NCBI GenBank assembly: GCA_002633005.1
Contig: NMRA01000023.1
Location: forward strand, 1,692,601-1,756,600
Reading direction: 5' to 3'
DNA from: Phoronis australis
Taxonomy: Eukaryota; Animalia; Phoronida
DNA length: 64,000 nucleotides
Position numbers and translations under genes: made by a program
Notes under the pieces: model-generated
Database searches by the model: none
Told to the model about the DNA's origin: nothing
The model's input: only the letters and a program-made list of their open reading frames with translations
Shown: in pieces, positions 13,457 through 27,643 of the stretch
How the letters are laid out: every line of letters begins with the position of its first letter
Numbering within the stretch: position 1 is the first letter of the stretch

Positions 13457-13617
13457 TGTGTGCTGATACTGTATACAGAGTAGCTAGGTACAATGTGTGC
13501 AAATACTGTACAGAGTAGCTAGTCGCAATGTGTGCAGATACTGTATACAGAGTAGCTAGTCACAATGTGTGCAGATACTGTATACAGAGTAGCTAGCCAC
13601 AATGTGTGCAGATACAG
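13457..13617. repeat. Short minisatellite (caatgtgtgcagatactgtatacagagtagctag-like unit)
   Basis: About 4-5 near-identical tandem copies. Confidence 0.85.
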
Positions 13618-13672
13618 TTTGGTGTTACTCACAATATCTGTGATAATCTGTGAAAGGGTTGTGATTCCCAAC

Positions 13673-15419
13673 TTATTATGCGCCCACATATTTATATGTG
13701 GACGCATTGTGCTGTCATCTCCATCCGTCCAGCGTCCGCTGCTCTATCTCCAAAACCCTTTGACATACGTTCATGAAATTTGGCATATATGTTCCATTCA
13801 TGAATGGGACGGCATGAGCTAACTTTCGGACGGATCCGACTACCAGTGTGCCCCCTAGTGGCAATTTTAGTTTTTTACGCTTACCTTTGTATCTTCAAAA
13901 GTCCTGAACGGATTTTCATGAAATTTGGTGTGTAGGCACCTATTAGTGAGATAACGGTATCCTCCCGTTTTCGGATAGATCCGATGTAGTTTGCGCCACC
14001 TAGTGGCCATTTTTACTGTTTTCAAGTCTGTTTTTTGCGTCCACCCCTCTATCAACCAAACCGCTCAAATGATGATTGTGAATTGGCATGTATGTGCTTA
14101 CTATAAAGAGGACAGTTGACTATGATTTTCCAACGATTTCGACTACTGTGGCGCCTCCTAGTGGCAGTTTTGTTTTGTTGCGCCTATGGCTGTATCTCCT
14201 CAACCGTTCGCAGGATCTTTACTTTATTTAGCTAGTGTATTTATGTGATGTTGGCTACGGATGATGACGACTTTCAGACAGATGTAACTACTGCTGTGCC
14301 CCCTAGTGTCAATTTTAGTTTTTACGTTTAACTCAGTATCTTCAAAGGTACTCAGGGCTGTTCCAGTAAAATCCGTGTGGGAGGGGGGGGGACGGCAGCA
14401 GTAATAAAAATTCATGGGTGGTGGTCTTCAGAAAAAAACTCAAATTATGGGTGGTCGTTCCTGTAAGAAGNNNNNNNNNNNNNNNNNNNNNNNNNNNNNN
14501 NNNNNNNNNNNNNNNNNNNNNNNNNNNNNNNNNNNNNNNNNNNNNNNNNNNNNNNNNNNNNNNNNNNNNNNNNNNNNNNNNNNNNNNNNNNNNNNNNNNN
14601 NNNNNNNNNNNNNGTTTTTGACAATATTGGACAAGACAACTAGTTCTTGTCTGTCAATCATTTAAGTTCTCAACAGGTCCTCCTGGAGGCAATTTGTTTG
14701 CAAGTGTTGGATTTTATATTTTAACCTATTAAAAATAATTAAAAAATTATGGGTCATGGGTTGGAGAAATAAATGAAAAATATGGGCGGTGGGTACGAAA
14801 TAAAAGTGCCTTCCCCCCCCTCCCATACAGATTTTGCTGGAACAGCCCTCAACAGATTTTCATAAAATTTTAAATATAGGCATCTATTGGTGTAATGATG
14901 CTATCTGCCCGTTTTTGTGTGGAATCGAGGTATTTTGCACCTTCTAGTGGCCACTTTTGCTGTTTTCAAATCTTGTTTTTGGTGTCCATCACTGTATCAA
15001 CCAAATCATTTGAAAATTGGCATATATGTTCTCAGTGTGAAGACGACCTTTGATGATGGTGACTGATTACTGTGGCACCTCCTAGTGGTAGTTTTGTTTT
15101 GCGCCCACTGCAGGATCTTTGCTAAATTTAGTAAGTGTATTTATATGAAGATAACAACAGACGACGACTACTTTCAGGTGGATCCAACGGACACTGTGCC
15201 CACTAGTGGCAATTTCATTTTATTCTGTTTTCTTTTGTTTCTCTGAAGTTCCTTGACGGATTTTTATGAAATATGGCATGTTTCTGTTTTTGGATGGATT
15301 GTATGTTTTTGCGCCATCTAGTTTCCTTTTTTTTTTTTTTGATACAAATAAACAACCCTAAAAGCACATCATTTGCAATGCATTCGTGGGCGCATTTTAC
15401 CGCTCCGCGTTGCTCTTGT
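13673..15419 (+). mobile_element. Helentron/DINE-1-like (HINE) interspersed repeat, copy 1, with ~150-bp internal subrepeats
   Basis: Inverted subterminal repeats tatgcgcccac and gtgggcgcat, a gtcc-type microsatellite near the 5' end, and a 3' end gctcttgt. Internal units each carry GCGCCNCCTAGTGG. Colinear with 32490-33780. The family assignment is inferred from structure. Confidence 0.6.
14355..14848. mobile_element. PIF/Harbinger-type MITE inserted into HINE copy 1
   Basis: TIRs gggctgttccagtaaaatc and gattttgctggaacagccc; 3-bp TSD tca. The empty site tactcaacag is visible in the second HINE copy near 33235. Confidence 0.8.
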
Positions 15420-15647
15420 GAAATATTGTTAGGACCAGGCTTTAGTTACACAATCAATGTTAAAACAAAAATTGTTTAACTGCAGATTGAAAATATGATT
15501 TTGATAATGGAAAAAAATGACAACCGTTGCATAGTTTTGCATTTAACGCAATTTTGTAGTCTAGCCAAACAATTGGTCTGTGCTCGTTTACAACATTTAA
15601 ATGATTTTCTTGATTCTATCAGCTTAATTATGGTAAAAATTCTTTAA

Positions 15648-16994
15648 GGGCTGTTCTAGTAAATAACATATGGGAGGGGGAAGGCACTTTCATTTCTTTC
15701 CCATCATTCATATTTTTGCTTTTATTTTTCCAACCCACGACCCATAATGTTTAATTAGGTTGAAATGTAAATTGCAGTCTTTGAGATTATCAACCTGTCG
15801 TCAAAAACTAAATTGACCAACAGGGGGTGCTACAGTAGCCATATCTGTCCAAAAATCAACTGGTGCGGGCACATACCAGCCATCTTTCACAATGCCAAAT
15901 GACACCAAGATACCTTAAGTGGTTTCAACATAATCAACGGACAAGCAGTGACTTGAGCAGTCGAAAACTAACACGGTGTGCCACAGTTATTGAATCCATC
16001 CAAAAACAAGACTGGTGCCGGCACATTCTTAGCATATCTCTGTATCGAATTTCATCGTGATCCGTCGAGCAGTTTTTGAGATAATCGACACACAAGGAAT
16101 GGCTTGTCGAAAACTAAAGCGGCTAACGTGGGGTACCACGGTAGCAAATCCTTTGAAAATCGACTGGTACTGGTGCATCCCTGCCAAGTACCTCTATACC
16201 AAATGGCATCATGATTGGCCAAGCGGTTCTTGAGATAATTGACAGACAAGAAATGATAATGACAGATGGACCGATCGACGGACGAGATGCCCACTATGTG
16301 TGACCATAAAGTTTTTGTGGGTGTAGAAATATTCCATGTGAGATCATAACTCGTGTCAGTTACCAGAAACTCGCTTTTCAAAGACACCTGTGAGCAATAC
16401 TTTTGGTAGCCACCACGTGTCTGTCCACCACGTGTCTGTAATTTCAATAAGATTTTTCAGTTTCATGATTCTACGAATCTCAAAGTGTCTCCACAAACGC
16501 TTTCAGGCTGCTATGCCAAGTGAATATTGGAACTTGTCTATCTGAATCATTGTACTTTTTATTTTAAAAAGTCATCAAGTTTCTTAGATATGTAACTGAC
16601 ACCAGTTTAGTGTTGCAGTAATTTTCATTCTAATATGACTACAACACAAGCCTGTAATCAAGTTGCCTGTGTCTTGAGTACTAGTATAGTGTACAAGTTG
16701 CTCTCTGTACACTAGCAACATGGGCTTGTTTTGTTATTTTTGGATTTTTTGGGTATCTGCCAAGTAAATTTTTGGCGAGTTTTCTCATGGGGTATTGAGG
16801 TCTGTGTTTGGCTTAAAATACCCAATTGTCAACATTTACAGGACTAAAAACACCACTCACTTTTAATGATTTACTTCCTTCAAGAAGGACCACCCATAAT
16901 TTAAATTTTCTTCTGAAGACCACCACCCATAAAATTTTAATTCAATTGCCGTCCCTCCCCCCCCCCTCCCATACAGATTTTGCTGAAACAGCCC
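15648..16994. mobile_element. PIF/Harbinger-type MITE, same family as 14355-14848, opposite orientation
   Basis: TIRs gggctgttct and gaaacagccc; TAA TSD on both sides; subterminal sequence is the reverse complement of the 14355 copy. Confidence 0.8.
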
Positions 16995-18079
16995 TAATAA
17001 GGAACAGTGAAAAATAGATTATTCTGCTCGGGGTTAGAACTTATGCCAAATTTTATATTAGAAAAGGTTGTTATTGGCCGTCCCAACTTGAAGAATTAAG
17101 ATCAACAACTAACATTGAAGTTACACATTATTTTCAGTCATTTTAATAACTGCCTGTTGATACAGAACGCAGTGTCCGATATTTGAAAAATATGAGGAGT
17201 GATAAAATTGCTCATTATTACGGGTATGTAAAAACTAAACTTTGTATTATGGTAAAAATGCTCCAACTTGGCATTGGAATTTGGCACACAGAAAGTCCGT
17301 AAGAATTGAATTGTCTGGGAAAATTTGATATTTTTTTGGTTCTGGAAATGGGACAAGGGCTACTTTGGTGATCACCGTATTTCTTAAATTTCAGACAATG
17401 CGTTTTCCATCTCCAGAGTGGATTATTTTGTCGTCTTTCCATTGATTGTTGAATTTGGGTCGGTAAATATTGGCTATTTCTAGAATTTGGGACAAGCTCT
17501 GACCTTGGGCAAAATAATTAATTCTTCACTGCCCCAAATTGGAGACATTTTACTATTAGCTGTTTTGTTCAACTGTTGGAAATTTTGTCTTTCGCTCCTC
17601 ACATCTGTTTCCAAACAAAAATATTTTCGCACCTCAGCAAGTACACAAGTTATATTATTTCTATATTGTAAAGTGAAAACATTAATGTGTCAGAAACTTT
17701 AACGAGTGATTGTGACTCAATGCAGCTACAAATCTGTGTTTCATCTTGGAAATGAACTTCTGATTTGACCGTTTACTGTTGTAAAATTGGTTTCGAGTTG
17801 CCCCTTACTTCAATAAAAAAAAATTCTGAGTTTGCAAAAATCTGACATTTCGTGACAAGCCGACTTGCTCGGTCTGAGCTTGAGCAGTAAACTAACTTTC
17901 AGTTGTTCTGGAGCCCTGAAATTATCTCCAGTGCAACTTAAGAACAATTTGCCACCATTTTTCTAACTGGAACTGGTGTTTATCAAAAGTTAGTTTTTGT
18001 GGTTGAAGAGGGGTTTGTTAACGCTCTGAGTCAGCTGTGGTGCCTTGGTCACTGTTGCACTTATTGTCCTCCCTGACAG

Positions 18080-18221
18080 CCCCCTCTGGAGAGTCTGGCT
18101 ACAGTAGAGGAGACAGTGGTGCGAGACAAGGCAGTGGAGTCGCTGAGGAAGATTGCTGTGCACCACTCGCCCAAGGACATGGAGGAACAGTTTGTGCCAC
18201 TGGTCAAGCGACTGTCAGGGG
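18080..18221 (+). CDS. PPP2R1A: PP2A A subunit exon 4
   Basis: [47 protein letters not shown]; acag acceptor, gtgagt donor. Confidence 0.96.
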
Positions 18222-18425
18222 GTGAGTCATCCGTGTCTCAACAACCGCTGCATTTCTTTGGTTGTATCTCATCCATTTTTCATCAATAAAGCATGTCTTT
18301 ATCACAAAATCTTGACTATGCTGCCACACTGCACAATCGAATCTATGCGTTTGCTGTTCAGAACTGCTGGTATTTGTGCTGAAAGTGAGAACATGTTTGC
18401 TTATCAAGGCGCTGTTTTCCCCTAG

Positions 18426-18516
18426 GTGACTGGTTTACATCGAGGACATCAGCATGTGGTCTGTTCAGTGTCTGTTACCAGCGAGTTCCCAATTCTGTCA
18501 AGACCGACCTAAGACA
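18426..18516 (+). CDS. PPP2R1A: PP2A A subunit exon 5
   Basis: [30 protein letters not shown]; cctag acceptor, gtgagt donor. Confidence 0.96.
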
Positions 18517-19719
18517 GTGAGTATTTTTTGCCTTCCCAGCTGATTAGCATCAGCAGTCAAATGGCCTGTTGGTTGTGGTTAGCAGGTATTGTGTCTAGAC
18601 TTACTTTAGAAATTTCTTTCTTAATGCCTAGCACGCAAGTTATAAACTGTCACTCAGCAACTTAAATTATGGCTTGGATTTCATCAGACAAGGGCACAAA
18701 ATGATTTGTGTCCTATAATGTGTTGGCCTGGGCATTACCAAGTAAAGAGTCTAGTAAAGCCAATCAATTTGAAAGTGTTGGCAAACTCTTTCAAATATTA
18801 CTCCCTTCACATCAATCATGGGTAAAATACATTGGATTGTGGCAACCAATGGCAAGATTAATTTTGACACCAGATTGTTTGCCTATTCCACTGCTTATTT
18901 AAGCCATTAGTGGGAGGAACAAGAGCTAATTAACGTGATTACAAGCTAAAGTTGCAGTGTTACCTAGATCAAGTGGTGAATCTTCAAATTAAAGTCTAAC
19001 TTCAACGAAATTTTGTTATTTTAGATGCATTGGGCTAAACAGGTTGTTCTAGCAAAGCCTTAGCAAAATAAGAAAACGTGAATTCAGTCACGCAAATGTA
19101 AGCCAGTCAAATGATAGGTGAAGCTGTCTTTTCTTGCCATATTGCATTACCGCGACATCCCAGGCAAAACGGCAAAAGACCGATAACAGTTGTTTTGTAT
19201 TGAATAGGGGTCTGAATATAACAACATTGTGTGCGGGTGTTATTGGTAGCTGTTTGAAGTAAAAAGGTGATTCTCACGGTGACATAGACAAAAGCAAGTC
19301 AACATGCCTAGCAGTTCGTTACATTTGGCAATTTATGGAACTAGTGGACTCGGGACGATGCTCTTAATGTACTGTAGGAAGCAAATTTACTGGTGTTACT
19401 GTTAGGCTTTAAAGAAATAAATGAACAATGCCTTTCATTACTTTATAATAAAGTGAACTAGACATTTAAAGAAACATGGGAATTAAATGAAGTATAAAAG
19501 TATTTTGGGCTTTATCATTGTCACCATAATGGTAACAGAGTAGTTCATCTTCCCAGTTTGACTGCCTCTTCTTCTTCATTTCCCATTTGACTTCCACTTC
19601 ACATTCGTTAATGTTATTCTCACTGTTGTTTGCAATGCATTTCTGCTTCAATGCAGCCTAGTTACATATAGGCCAACTGTTGGACACGACTCTTATACGC
19701 TTGCTGTTTCCCACCATAG

Positions 19720-19867
19720 GTGTTTCCGTAACTTGAGTGGTGACGACACGCCTATGGTTCGCCGTGCTGCCGCTGGCAAGCTAGGAGAGTTTGCCAAGGC
19801 AGTTGAACTGGAGTATGTCAAGTCAGATCTCATCGCCCTTTTCACAGCCCTGGCACATGATGAACAG
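19720..19867 (+). CDS. PPP2R1A: PP2A A subunit exon 6
   Basis: [49 protein letters not shown]; catag acceptor, gtgagc donor. Confidence 0.96.
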
Positions 19868-20419
19868 GTGAGCTGTGCCTGACTGGACCAGCAGCTGTGT
19901 CTACAGCAGTGCTGAAAAGGCCTTTCTTTTTTGTAGGCTGCCTCACATTAGTAATAGGTCCATTAAAGACAGCATGAAGACTCAGTTATTGTAAACCTTT
20001 ACCCGAATGTGTTATTTTTGCATTTCACAAGAAGCACTAATGCAAGAATGCATGTGGGGCCAGTGTGAGGTATTTGCAAGAAAACTTTTAGCTAACATTT
20101 GAAATTCATGAATTGCGCCTTTGGAGCACGGTTACAAATGGTTATAATTGTGATAATACAGTCTAGTATTTGTCCTGTTTTGGGTGTTTGTTCAATTTAA
20201 AGAATATAGCATAACATACCATTGCTGTGTAGCAGTTGACACATGGTGACTGTAGGACAGTTGTACATGTTTGCTTATAACATAACATAACATACCATTG
20301 TTGTGGAGCAGTTGACACATGGTGACTGTAGGACAGTTTGCATATTGAGTTACTGGTGCTGTATGTACATGCTATATTAAATGATGGTTTAATCAATGAA
20401 TGGACTATGTGCACTGCAG

Positions 20420-20575
20420 GACTCTGTAAGGTTGTTGGCTGTCGAGGCCTGCGTTAGCATCGCGACTCTACTGCCCGAGAGTGACACCGAGCAACTGGTG
20501 ATGCCAACACTTCGTTTGGCCACTGGGGACAAGTCGTGGAGAGTGCGCTACATGGTGGCCGATAAATTTACAGAG
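20420..20575 (+). CDS. PPP2R1A: PP2A A subunit exon 7
   Basis: [52 protein letters not shown]; tgcag acceptor, gtaagt donor. Confidence 0.96.
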
Positions 20576-21046
20576 GTAAGTGGCTCTGACAGACAGCTGC
20601 TTTGGCAGTCTAAGAGCTGGGGCCTGTATGTGAAATGGGCGGTGTATGAATGGTGCAATGATTTTCTGCATTTCTTTTTGAGAATGGGCGGAAGTTTCTG
20701 CTGAAGCCAAAGGCAAACACCGTTTTTCAGTCAAGATTCCGTGTCTGGCGTGATGGCTACCAGAAATGTGGCCGCGAATCCCGTGATCAGTTTCTTCAAT
20801 ACCTTTTGTTGTGTTGGTGATTGAGATGGGGACTGTCAGTGGACACCACTGAGACTCACTGTCTGCTATGAGTCTGGTGGTGTCTTTTGTCATCTTGGTA
20901 TGTGAATACTGTTATCAACAGTCATACACTGTACTTGTGTTTGCGTAAGCTTTTCTTGAATGTATGTGCTTGTGTGGTCTTTAGTCCATTTTTACATCAG
21001 TTTCCCGACTCCCAGTTTCTCATTCGCCTGCCATTGGTCATTACAG

Positions 21047-21161
21047 CTTCAAAAAGCAGTGGGCTTAGAAATAACAAAGGAGGACCTAGTGCCTGCGTTT
21101 CAGAACTTACTTAAAGACTGTGAAGCAGAAGTGAGAGCTGCTGCCGCACATAAAGTTAAAG
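21047..21161 (+). CDS. PPP2R1A: PP2A A subunit exon 8
   Basis: [38 protein letters not shown]; tacag acceptor, gtatgc donor. Confidence 0.96.
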
Positions 21162-21436
21162 GTATGCTGCCATCTTGTAAAGGTTATTATGACATTTAGT
21201 AGCCCTATTACACTTAGTGCTATGGTTTTACACCTTTGGGACCCTAATAGTATGTCATTCTTGTAGTTGTAGACCCTAGCTTGCCTATTACTCTGCATTT
21301 GTGCTCGTTTTAACCAAACCAATATTTTGGAAGCTTAATGAATGTAATGTAAAATGTGTCTCTTAACATGTGTGCACAAGTTAGTCTGGTTTGAATAATT
21401 TGATTAAGACCTTGTGTGTGTGTTTTGTTTTTGCAG

Positions 21437-21593
21437 ATTTTTGTCAAAATTTGGAGCCAAGCGTCCGGGAAAATGTGATAATGACAAGTATTTTACCGTG
21501 TGTGAAAGAGCTGGTCTCCGACCCAAACCAGCACGTGAAGTCGGCATTGGCGTCTGTCATCATGGGCCTGTCGCCAATTCTAGGGAAGCAAAA
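21437..21593 (+). CDS. PPP2R1A: PP2A A subunit exon 9
   Basis: [52 protein letters not shown]; tgcag acceptor, gtaagc donor. Confidence 0.96.
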
Positions 21594-21852
21594 GTAAGCC
21601 TGGCAAATGTTCTCTGCTAATATTGTAGTCTGTGTTTAAAATAGGAAACGCTTCAGGTTGGGAGAGACATACAATTTGGCACAATGTTCTTTCTTTATTT
21701 TGCCCGATTTCTAAGTGGTGCATTTTGCTAACCTTGGGCTCTGTTGTTTTATCTGTTCACTCCACTGATAACACAGTTGAAGTGGAACCGTGCAAACCTA
21801 TTTGTTACGCTAGTTGATAGGCTCGGTGTTAACTGCATTTGTCTAATGTTGA

Positions 21853-22092
<240 letters not shown>

Positions 22093-22107
22093 TAAGTTAA
22101 TGATTTA

Positions 22108-23877
22108 CCATATTCGCCGTAATAACCGCCCATGCCCCTGTAACGCCCCCCACGCGTTTTCAGACTTTGCTAAAGTAACCGCCCAGTCCATGAACGTGTA
22201 CGTGCGAAAAATGTCTTACCTACAGTCCTAAAATTCTACAGTAACATCTTCAATTTATCAATAATATCCGACAGTCCTGAAAAAATCATTGTGCACAGAA
22301 TTTGTAGACCACGAGCCTTGCCGATATGTCGGTATTTAGCCGTGACTATATACTTCAAACTTCCGCCATGCCTCAAAACGAACATAAACGTTCTGCTGAT
22401 ATTGCGAAGACCAATGGTCTGGCCTTTCAGAACAGAAGTAGTGTACTTGTCTATGGGATTGCTTTGTAGATAGGCTATTTCCCGCTTTCAACATGAATCC
22501 AAATTTCTTTGTAGGCCTACACGTGAAATCTGCAAATCGAAGACTAATAAAAAGCTAGGCCAGTGTTAAAAACACGTGGCCAGGAAGCGTGCGCTACATA
22601 CATGAACCTAAAGACATTAGTCGGGAACTATCCATTCATGAAACCGGTAGCATAGCATCGGCAAGAAATGAATGTTGGCACTAATTTCCGACAGTTTCTA
22701 ATACTATAAAAAATGTTTGCGTTATTTTTAAGATGAATTGTTTGATTAACCATAATTGGTGTTTTTAAGCCAAATATCCAATAAAATGACCACTGACAGT
22801 AAATGCTTACACACCCTTACACCGAAAAATAACTGTCAGATAGTCATGTACCCATCCAGCCACACGGAGACTACTATGGCCTTACCAAGGCAAATGTCGA
22901 ACGTTTTTAGCACATGAGACCGGCAAGAGCTGAATGAAACACGCTCTGGTTTAGGCCTACTGCTTGTGTAAATTTCTTTAGATACAATGCACATCTAGCT
23001 CGTTAGATTGCGTGGCTCTGGCCAAAAGACGGTATCTGCTCTGGCAAATGAACTCTGGTGACATGCACGCGCTCGCTGACTCACAAACGCAGACAACTTC
23101 AAAACAAACGTCACGTGACAACAACATGTGTGTTCGTCCACACATTTTTCTCATGTTGCCGATCATACATATAGATGGCACGATGTAGCACAGATTTGTA
23201 CTTAAACCTGCCGTGATCCCAACTCCACAGGAAATTAGAAATCTTAGGAACGCTACTTGGAAAACTTAAGGTAATTTGCTGGAGTCGAAACTGTATTTTT
23301 ATTCAAGCATTCAAGTCGCCATATCGACGATTGCGAGGCAGGCAGTTAGCGAGTTTTCGCCCTGGGATTTCAGCACAATTTTCTGTAAAATGATCATAAT
23401 TTAACAGCAAAGTTTGATAGCAATGCACCACGGTTTTGTAGAAAGTCTTTCATAGCTTATAGATACGTCGCAGCGTAAATATGATGAATCTTAGCTTCCG
23501 ATTTCACCCATTTCGGAGACCGGGGCCCGGTCTCCAATCTCCGTACTCAGACTCGAATCATGCTCAAACTCACACTTCATACTCAACTCGAGTACAGACT
23601 CAGCTTTGGTGTATTCAATGTCATACTCGAAAAATCTGTACTCGAAATTTCGAGCACGTACTCAGTTTTCGAGTGTACTCNAATACGACATTAGATACGC
23701 TTTTTCGAGTACGACTCCAGTGAGCACGATTTTGAGTATGAAATCTCGAGTATGAGTATGAGTCTGAGTACGGAGATTGGAGACCGGGCCCGGGTTTTAA
23801 CGGCCTTGGGTTATAATAAGCGCCCCCCTGAAACGAACTTTTCTAAGCGCCCTGGGTGGTTATTACGGCGAATACGG
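22108..23877. mobile_element. Tc1/mariner (pogo/Tigger-like) non-autonomous element in PP2A intron 10
   Basis: TA|ccatattcgccgtaataaccgccc ... gggtggttattacggcgaatacgg|TA; 24/26 match between the ends including the TA TSD. No transposase ORF. Confidence 0.8.
23524..23790. mobile_element. Harbinger-like MITE nested in the mariner-type element
   Basis: Perfect ~31-bp TIR ggcccggtctccaatctccgtactcagactc; 3-bp TSD cgg on both sides; internal tactc/gagta motifs. Confidence 0.8.
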
Positions 23878-24684
23878 TATGCCACCCACCATAAATTATG
23901 CTTTCCGGGCTGCCCTCTGGGTAATGAAAATTATGTATAAGCTTTAAAGCGTTGAGATTTTGAGCATTTGCTGCTTATGACAATTGGGTTGAAGGTGAAA
24001 TGACCTTGAAGATTGTCTTAATGTTCTGTGAAGTGTATTCAACATGGTTTGACAATCTTGTCATTCAAGAATGGACACGTTAACTTGTTAAAGTACAATG
24101 GTTTGTACCAAGGTTACAGGTTATGTGCACTAACTGTAGTCAGTCTGAAGTGTGAAGGACAGTATGAGCTGAATAGTGCTGATGCAGTTAGTCACCATAG
24201 CTAACTAGGCTATCACTACAAGTTGTAGTGATTGAAGGCCAGCTACCACGGTGCATACAGTACAAGTTATCAGTCATACTATTTTACCATCATGACGGCA
24301 AAAATGAGTGGTAATAACTATTATGGCAGCAAAATAAGTTTTTATATAAAATGTAGTTACCTTACTAACTTTTCTGTCAACTCCAATTCATTCTTGATTG
24401 TGAAGGAAGGCCACTCGGATGGTGAAGAATTACGAGTCATTTTGTCTGAATACTTTTAGGTTGTGCTGTGTGTTAGAGTTTACTCACTCTTGTTTTTTTC
24501 CAGTTAGTGCTAGTTATTTAGTCAAGCCATTTTGTCCATTTCATGTCCAGTCATTTTTTGGCATGTAGTATGGTCCTTTTAGTTACTGTGTTATTTGTTG
24601 CTAGCTGTTAACAATGGTCCTTTTAGTTAATGTGTTTTCTATTGCTAGGTGTTAACAGTAACGGTTGTGCCATTGTGTTCACAG

Positions 24685-24807
24685 GTTATAGGTATTGATC
24701 AGCTGTCTCAGAACCTGTTACCGGCAATAGTTGAACTGGCTGAAGACACCAAATGGCGCGTCCGCCTAGCCATCATAGAGTACATGCCTCTGCTGGCTGG
24801 CGAGTTG
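24685..24807 (+). CDS. PPP2R1A: PP2A A subunit exon 11
   Basis: [41 protein letters not shown]; cacag acceptor, gtgagt donor. Confidence 0.96.
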
Positions 24808-25864
24808 GTGAGTTGGGACTAGTGCTTATGATGCAGCACTTGTCTAGCACTGCTTGGGTTTTTGGTCCAGTTTCCCATTTCATGAAATAAAATCTTAGTC
24901 CCGTTTTATGAAAGTTTGGAGAACAAAATTAAGACTGAAATGGTTTTAGCTCGTCCCTGCTGTGGAGGTGGCTTACACAGACTTGTGCTCTGGATGACTG
25001 TCTCCACTGGTAGCAACTAAATTGTGCTGGATCTCGTTTTCACTGTACTTTACAATATTGTGCCTCGCAGTTAAATTGAAAACTGTTTTTGATTCTGGGC
25101 CGTGCAAAGTACTATAGAGACATTGCGGTGTGATATCTGCACTTAGAAGTGGTATTGTCTGGCTACACCAGTGCTTTCTCCAGTAAGTGACATTACACTT
25201 GTACTATGGCTCCTCGTTGCTGTAAACCATGAGTATTGGATTTCATTTTGTTTTGTGAATTTGCAACAGGTGGTGAAAGCGTAGTTAATTAGCGTGGTTG
25301 ATTAACCATGGCGAAAACTGACTTCATTTCACTGCGAGTTAGATAAGACCAAAAACTAAAAACCTACTTTAGGTTTATGAAATTGTCTCTTCTGAAATTT
25401 CAAGTTTGCTCATAATTTAATCCTAATTTTAGTCTTAATTTATGCAAAGTTGTGGTCATCACTTGCCTTGAAATGGGGTTCCAGAGGGTGTCACTGTGGA
25501 TAATTTCTTCATATGGTTTAAAGTAGCTACAAACCCACCTTCCTTCATAAAAATAGCCTGAGATTGAATCCACTTAATTTCATGAAGTCTGTCAGGGTTT
25601 CCAGGGAATTGGTAGTTTGTTATTGGTTGAGACCAACCTCTGTAAGTTGGCCGGTCTTGACTCGTCATTTTATGCACTGTGTAAGATCCTTCAAAATAAC
25701 CAACTGCCAGTTCAGTACAAATCCATAAAACCTCATCTAACTAATACACAATGTGAGTGTAGGAAAAGGTGACTCATGGGATGGAAGTCATATTTAGAGC
25801 TACTTTGAAGTAAATGTTACACGTACCTCGCAGATGAGTTACAAAATGATTATTTATCTTTCAG

Positions 25865-25925
25865 GGTGTTGATTTCTACAATGAGAAGTTGAATACTTTA
25901 TGCATGCAGTGGCTCGGTGATCATG
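25865..25925 (+). CDS. PPP2R1A: PP2A A subunit exon 12
   Basis: GVDFYNEKLNTLCMQWLGDH; ttcag acceptor, gtaggc donor. Confidence 0.95.
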
Positions 25926-26393
25926 GTAGGCCTTGTTCTTACTCACCAGTTCTCCCCGTGGTATTTCTCTGCTCATCTCATCCTCGGCAAATTGATAAAC
26001 TTCCCTTACATGTTGGTCCACATATACTTTACTATGGTCATAATTTGTTTTATTGTGTTCCATGTCTGTTGTAATGTTGCAGTGGCCCGAGAGAGAACAG
26101 GCATTGAACAAACTTCTATACATTTATTTGAAATAAAAATGCAGAGACATTGTAGAATTTTGTGCTGCGACTACTAAAGTCTTTGAATCTGTCTTCCCGA
26201 TGTCTTTCTTCTGTATTTGAGGTGGAGCGTGTCTGCTGATTGACAATTTTCTGTTCCTACCCCGTATGTGGTCATTTAATGGAGCTGTGTGCATCAGGGA
26301 CACACCTCCGCAGCATTGTTCCCCTGGATAGCAGGCGGACCCTTGCCTGTCCATCAACACTTGTCACCAGGTCTCGTCTCCTCCCACTTGCAG

Positions 26394-26548
26394 TGTTTGC
26401 TATCAGGGAGGCGGCCACCAACAACCTGAAGAAGCTGGTGGAGAAGTTTGGCACCAAGTGGTCGGAGCAGAAGATGATCCCCTCTGTCAAGTACTTGGCC
26501 AACGAGCAGAACTACCTGAAGAGGCTCACGTTTCTCTTCTGTGTCAAT
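26394..26548 (+). CDS. PPP2R1A: PP2A A subunit exon 13
   Basis: [52 protein letters not shown]; tgcag acceptor, gtaagt donor. Confidence 0.95.
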
Positions 26549-26576
26549 GTAAGTCGCTGTGGTTATCTGAGCTGTG

Positions 26577-26795
26577 GGGTAAATAAGCTGTGACCGGTAG
26601 GTCCTGTAGAGATACACTGTATTGGTGGCAGTGGGATGGTTTGGGTTGTTGGGTAAATAAACTGTGATCGGTAGGTCTCATAGAGATACACTGTATTGGT
26701 GATAGTGAGATGGTTTGGGCTATTGGGTAAACAAGCTGTGACCGGTAGGTCTCATAGAGATACACTGTATTGGTGATAGTGGGTGGGGTATGGTT
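26577..26795. repeat. 74-bp tandem repeat, about 3 copies
   Basis: gggtaaa...gagatacactgtattggt units start at 26577, 26651 and 26725. Confidence 0.9.
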
Positions 26796-27643
26796 TCATG
26801 TTAATGTACAGTGGGAATTATTGAATGTCTGCCTAATGATAGTTCAGTCTAATTGTCAATTTGGAGACATTTTAACCATGTAGCTGTGCAATTGACATGT
26901 GTGTGTCCATTGACTGTCTGACTGTATTGGTTCTAACAGCTGTTGTGTGTTATTGTTGCATTACCTATGTTTTTCCAGATTGTAATGCCTGGTTTTAAGT
27001 TTAAGCTGTCACACTGTTTTTTTCAAGCTTGGGGCCTTTTTGTTGCTGCGTATGATTTGAAGCGTGCTGTCAGTTATTGATATATTGATACTGTTTAGTG
27101 GGGTGTGGTTTTGGAATCATTTGGACCCTTTTCACTCTCAAATTGACTGTTTCAGCATAACCACTCTGTAATAATGAAAGTATTAACCAAGCCCTAAAAC
27201 AGGCAGTACCAATATCACTCTTTTCTGATCTCTTTTGTCATGAAGCCATTTGACTGGAGGTAAAGTGTAAGGTTGCTTTGTCCACTGTGACTCAGCTGGA
27301 CCGCTCTCCAAAATTCTTGTACACTATCAGCTCCTCAAAAATTTTCACAGCGCAATGATGATGTAGCAACCTTAACCAATATTCAGTTTCTTGTACCTGT
27401 TAAAGTTGTGGATTTAGAAAACTGCTGCTTGGTAGGCAGAATACTTTAACAGTAAATTGTTATTGCTTGTCAGCATAGGGTGAAACTGGTGTCCATGTTG
27501 CTGTGGTGCTAGTTTCTGTCTGGCTTTGTCAGCGGGTACCTGTTGTACATGTTACTCTCACTCTGTCTTCTCTGCCTCTCTGCACTAAAGCCTGTGGTAA
27601 TAATGAACTTGTGCATGGCCGACTCTCCCGTCTCTATTGGCAG

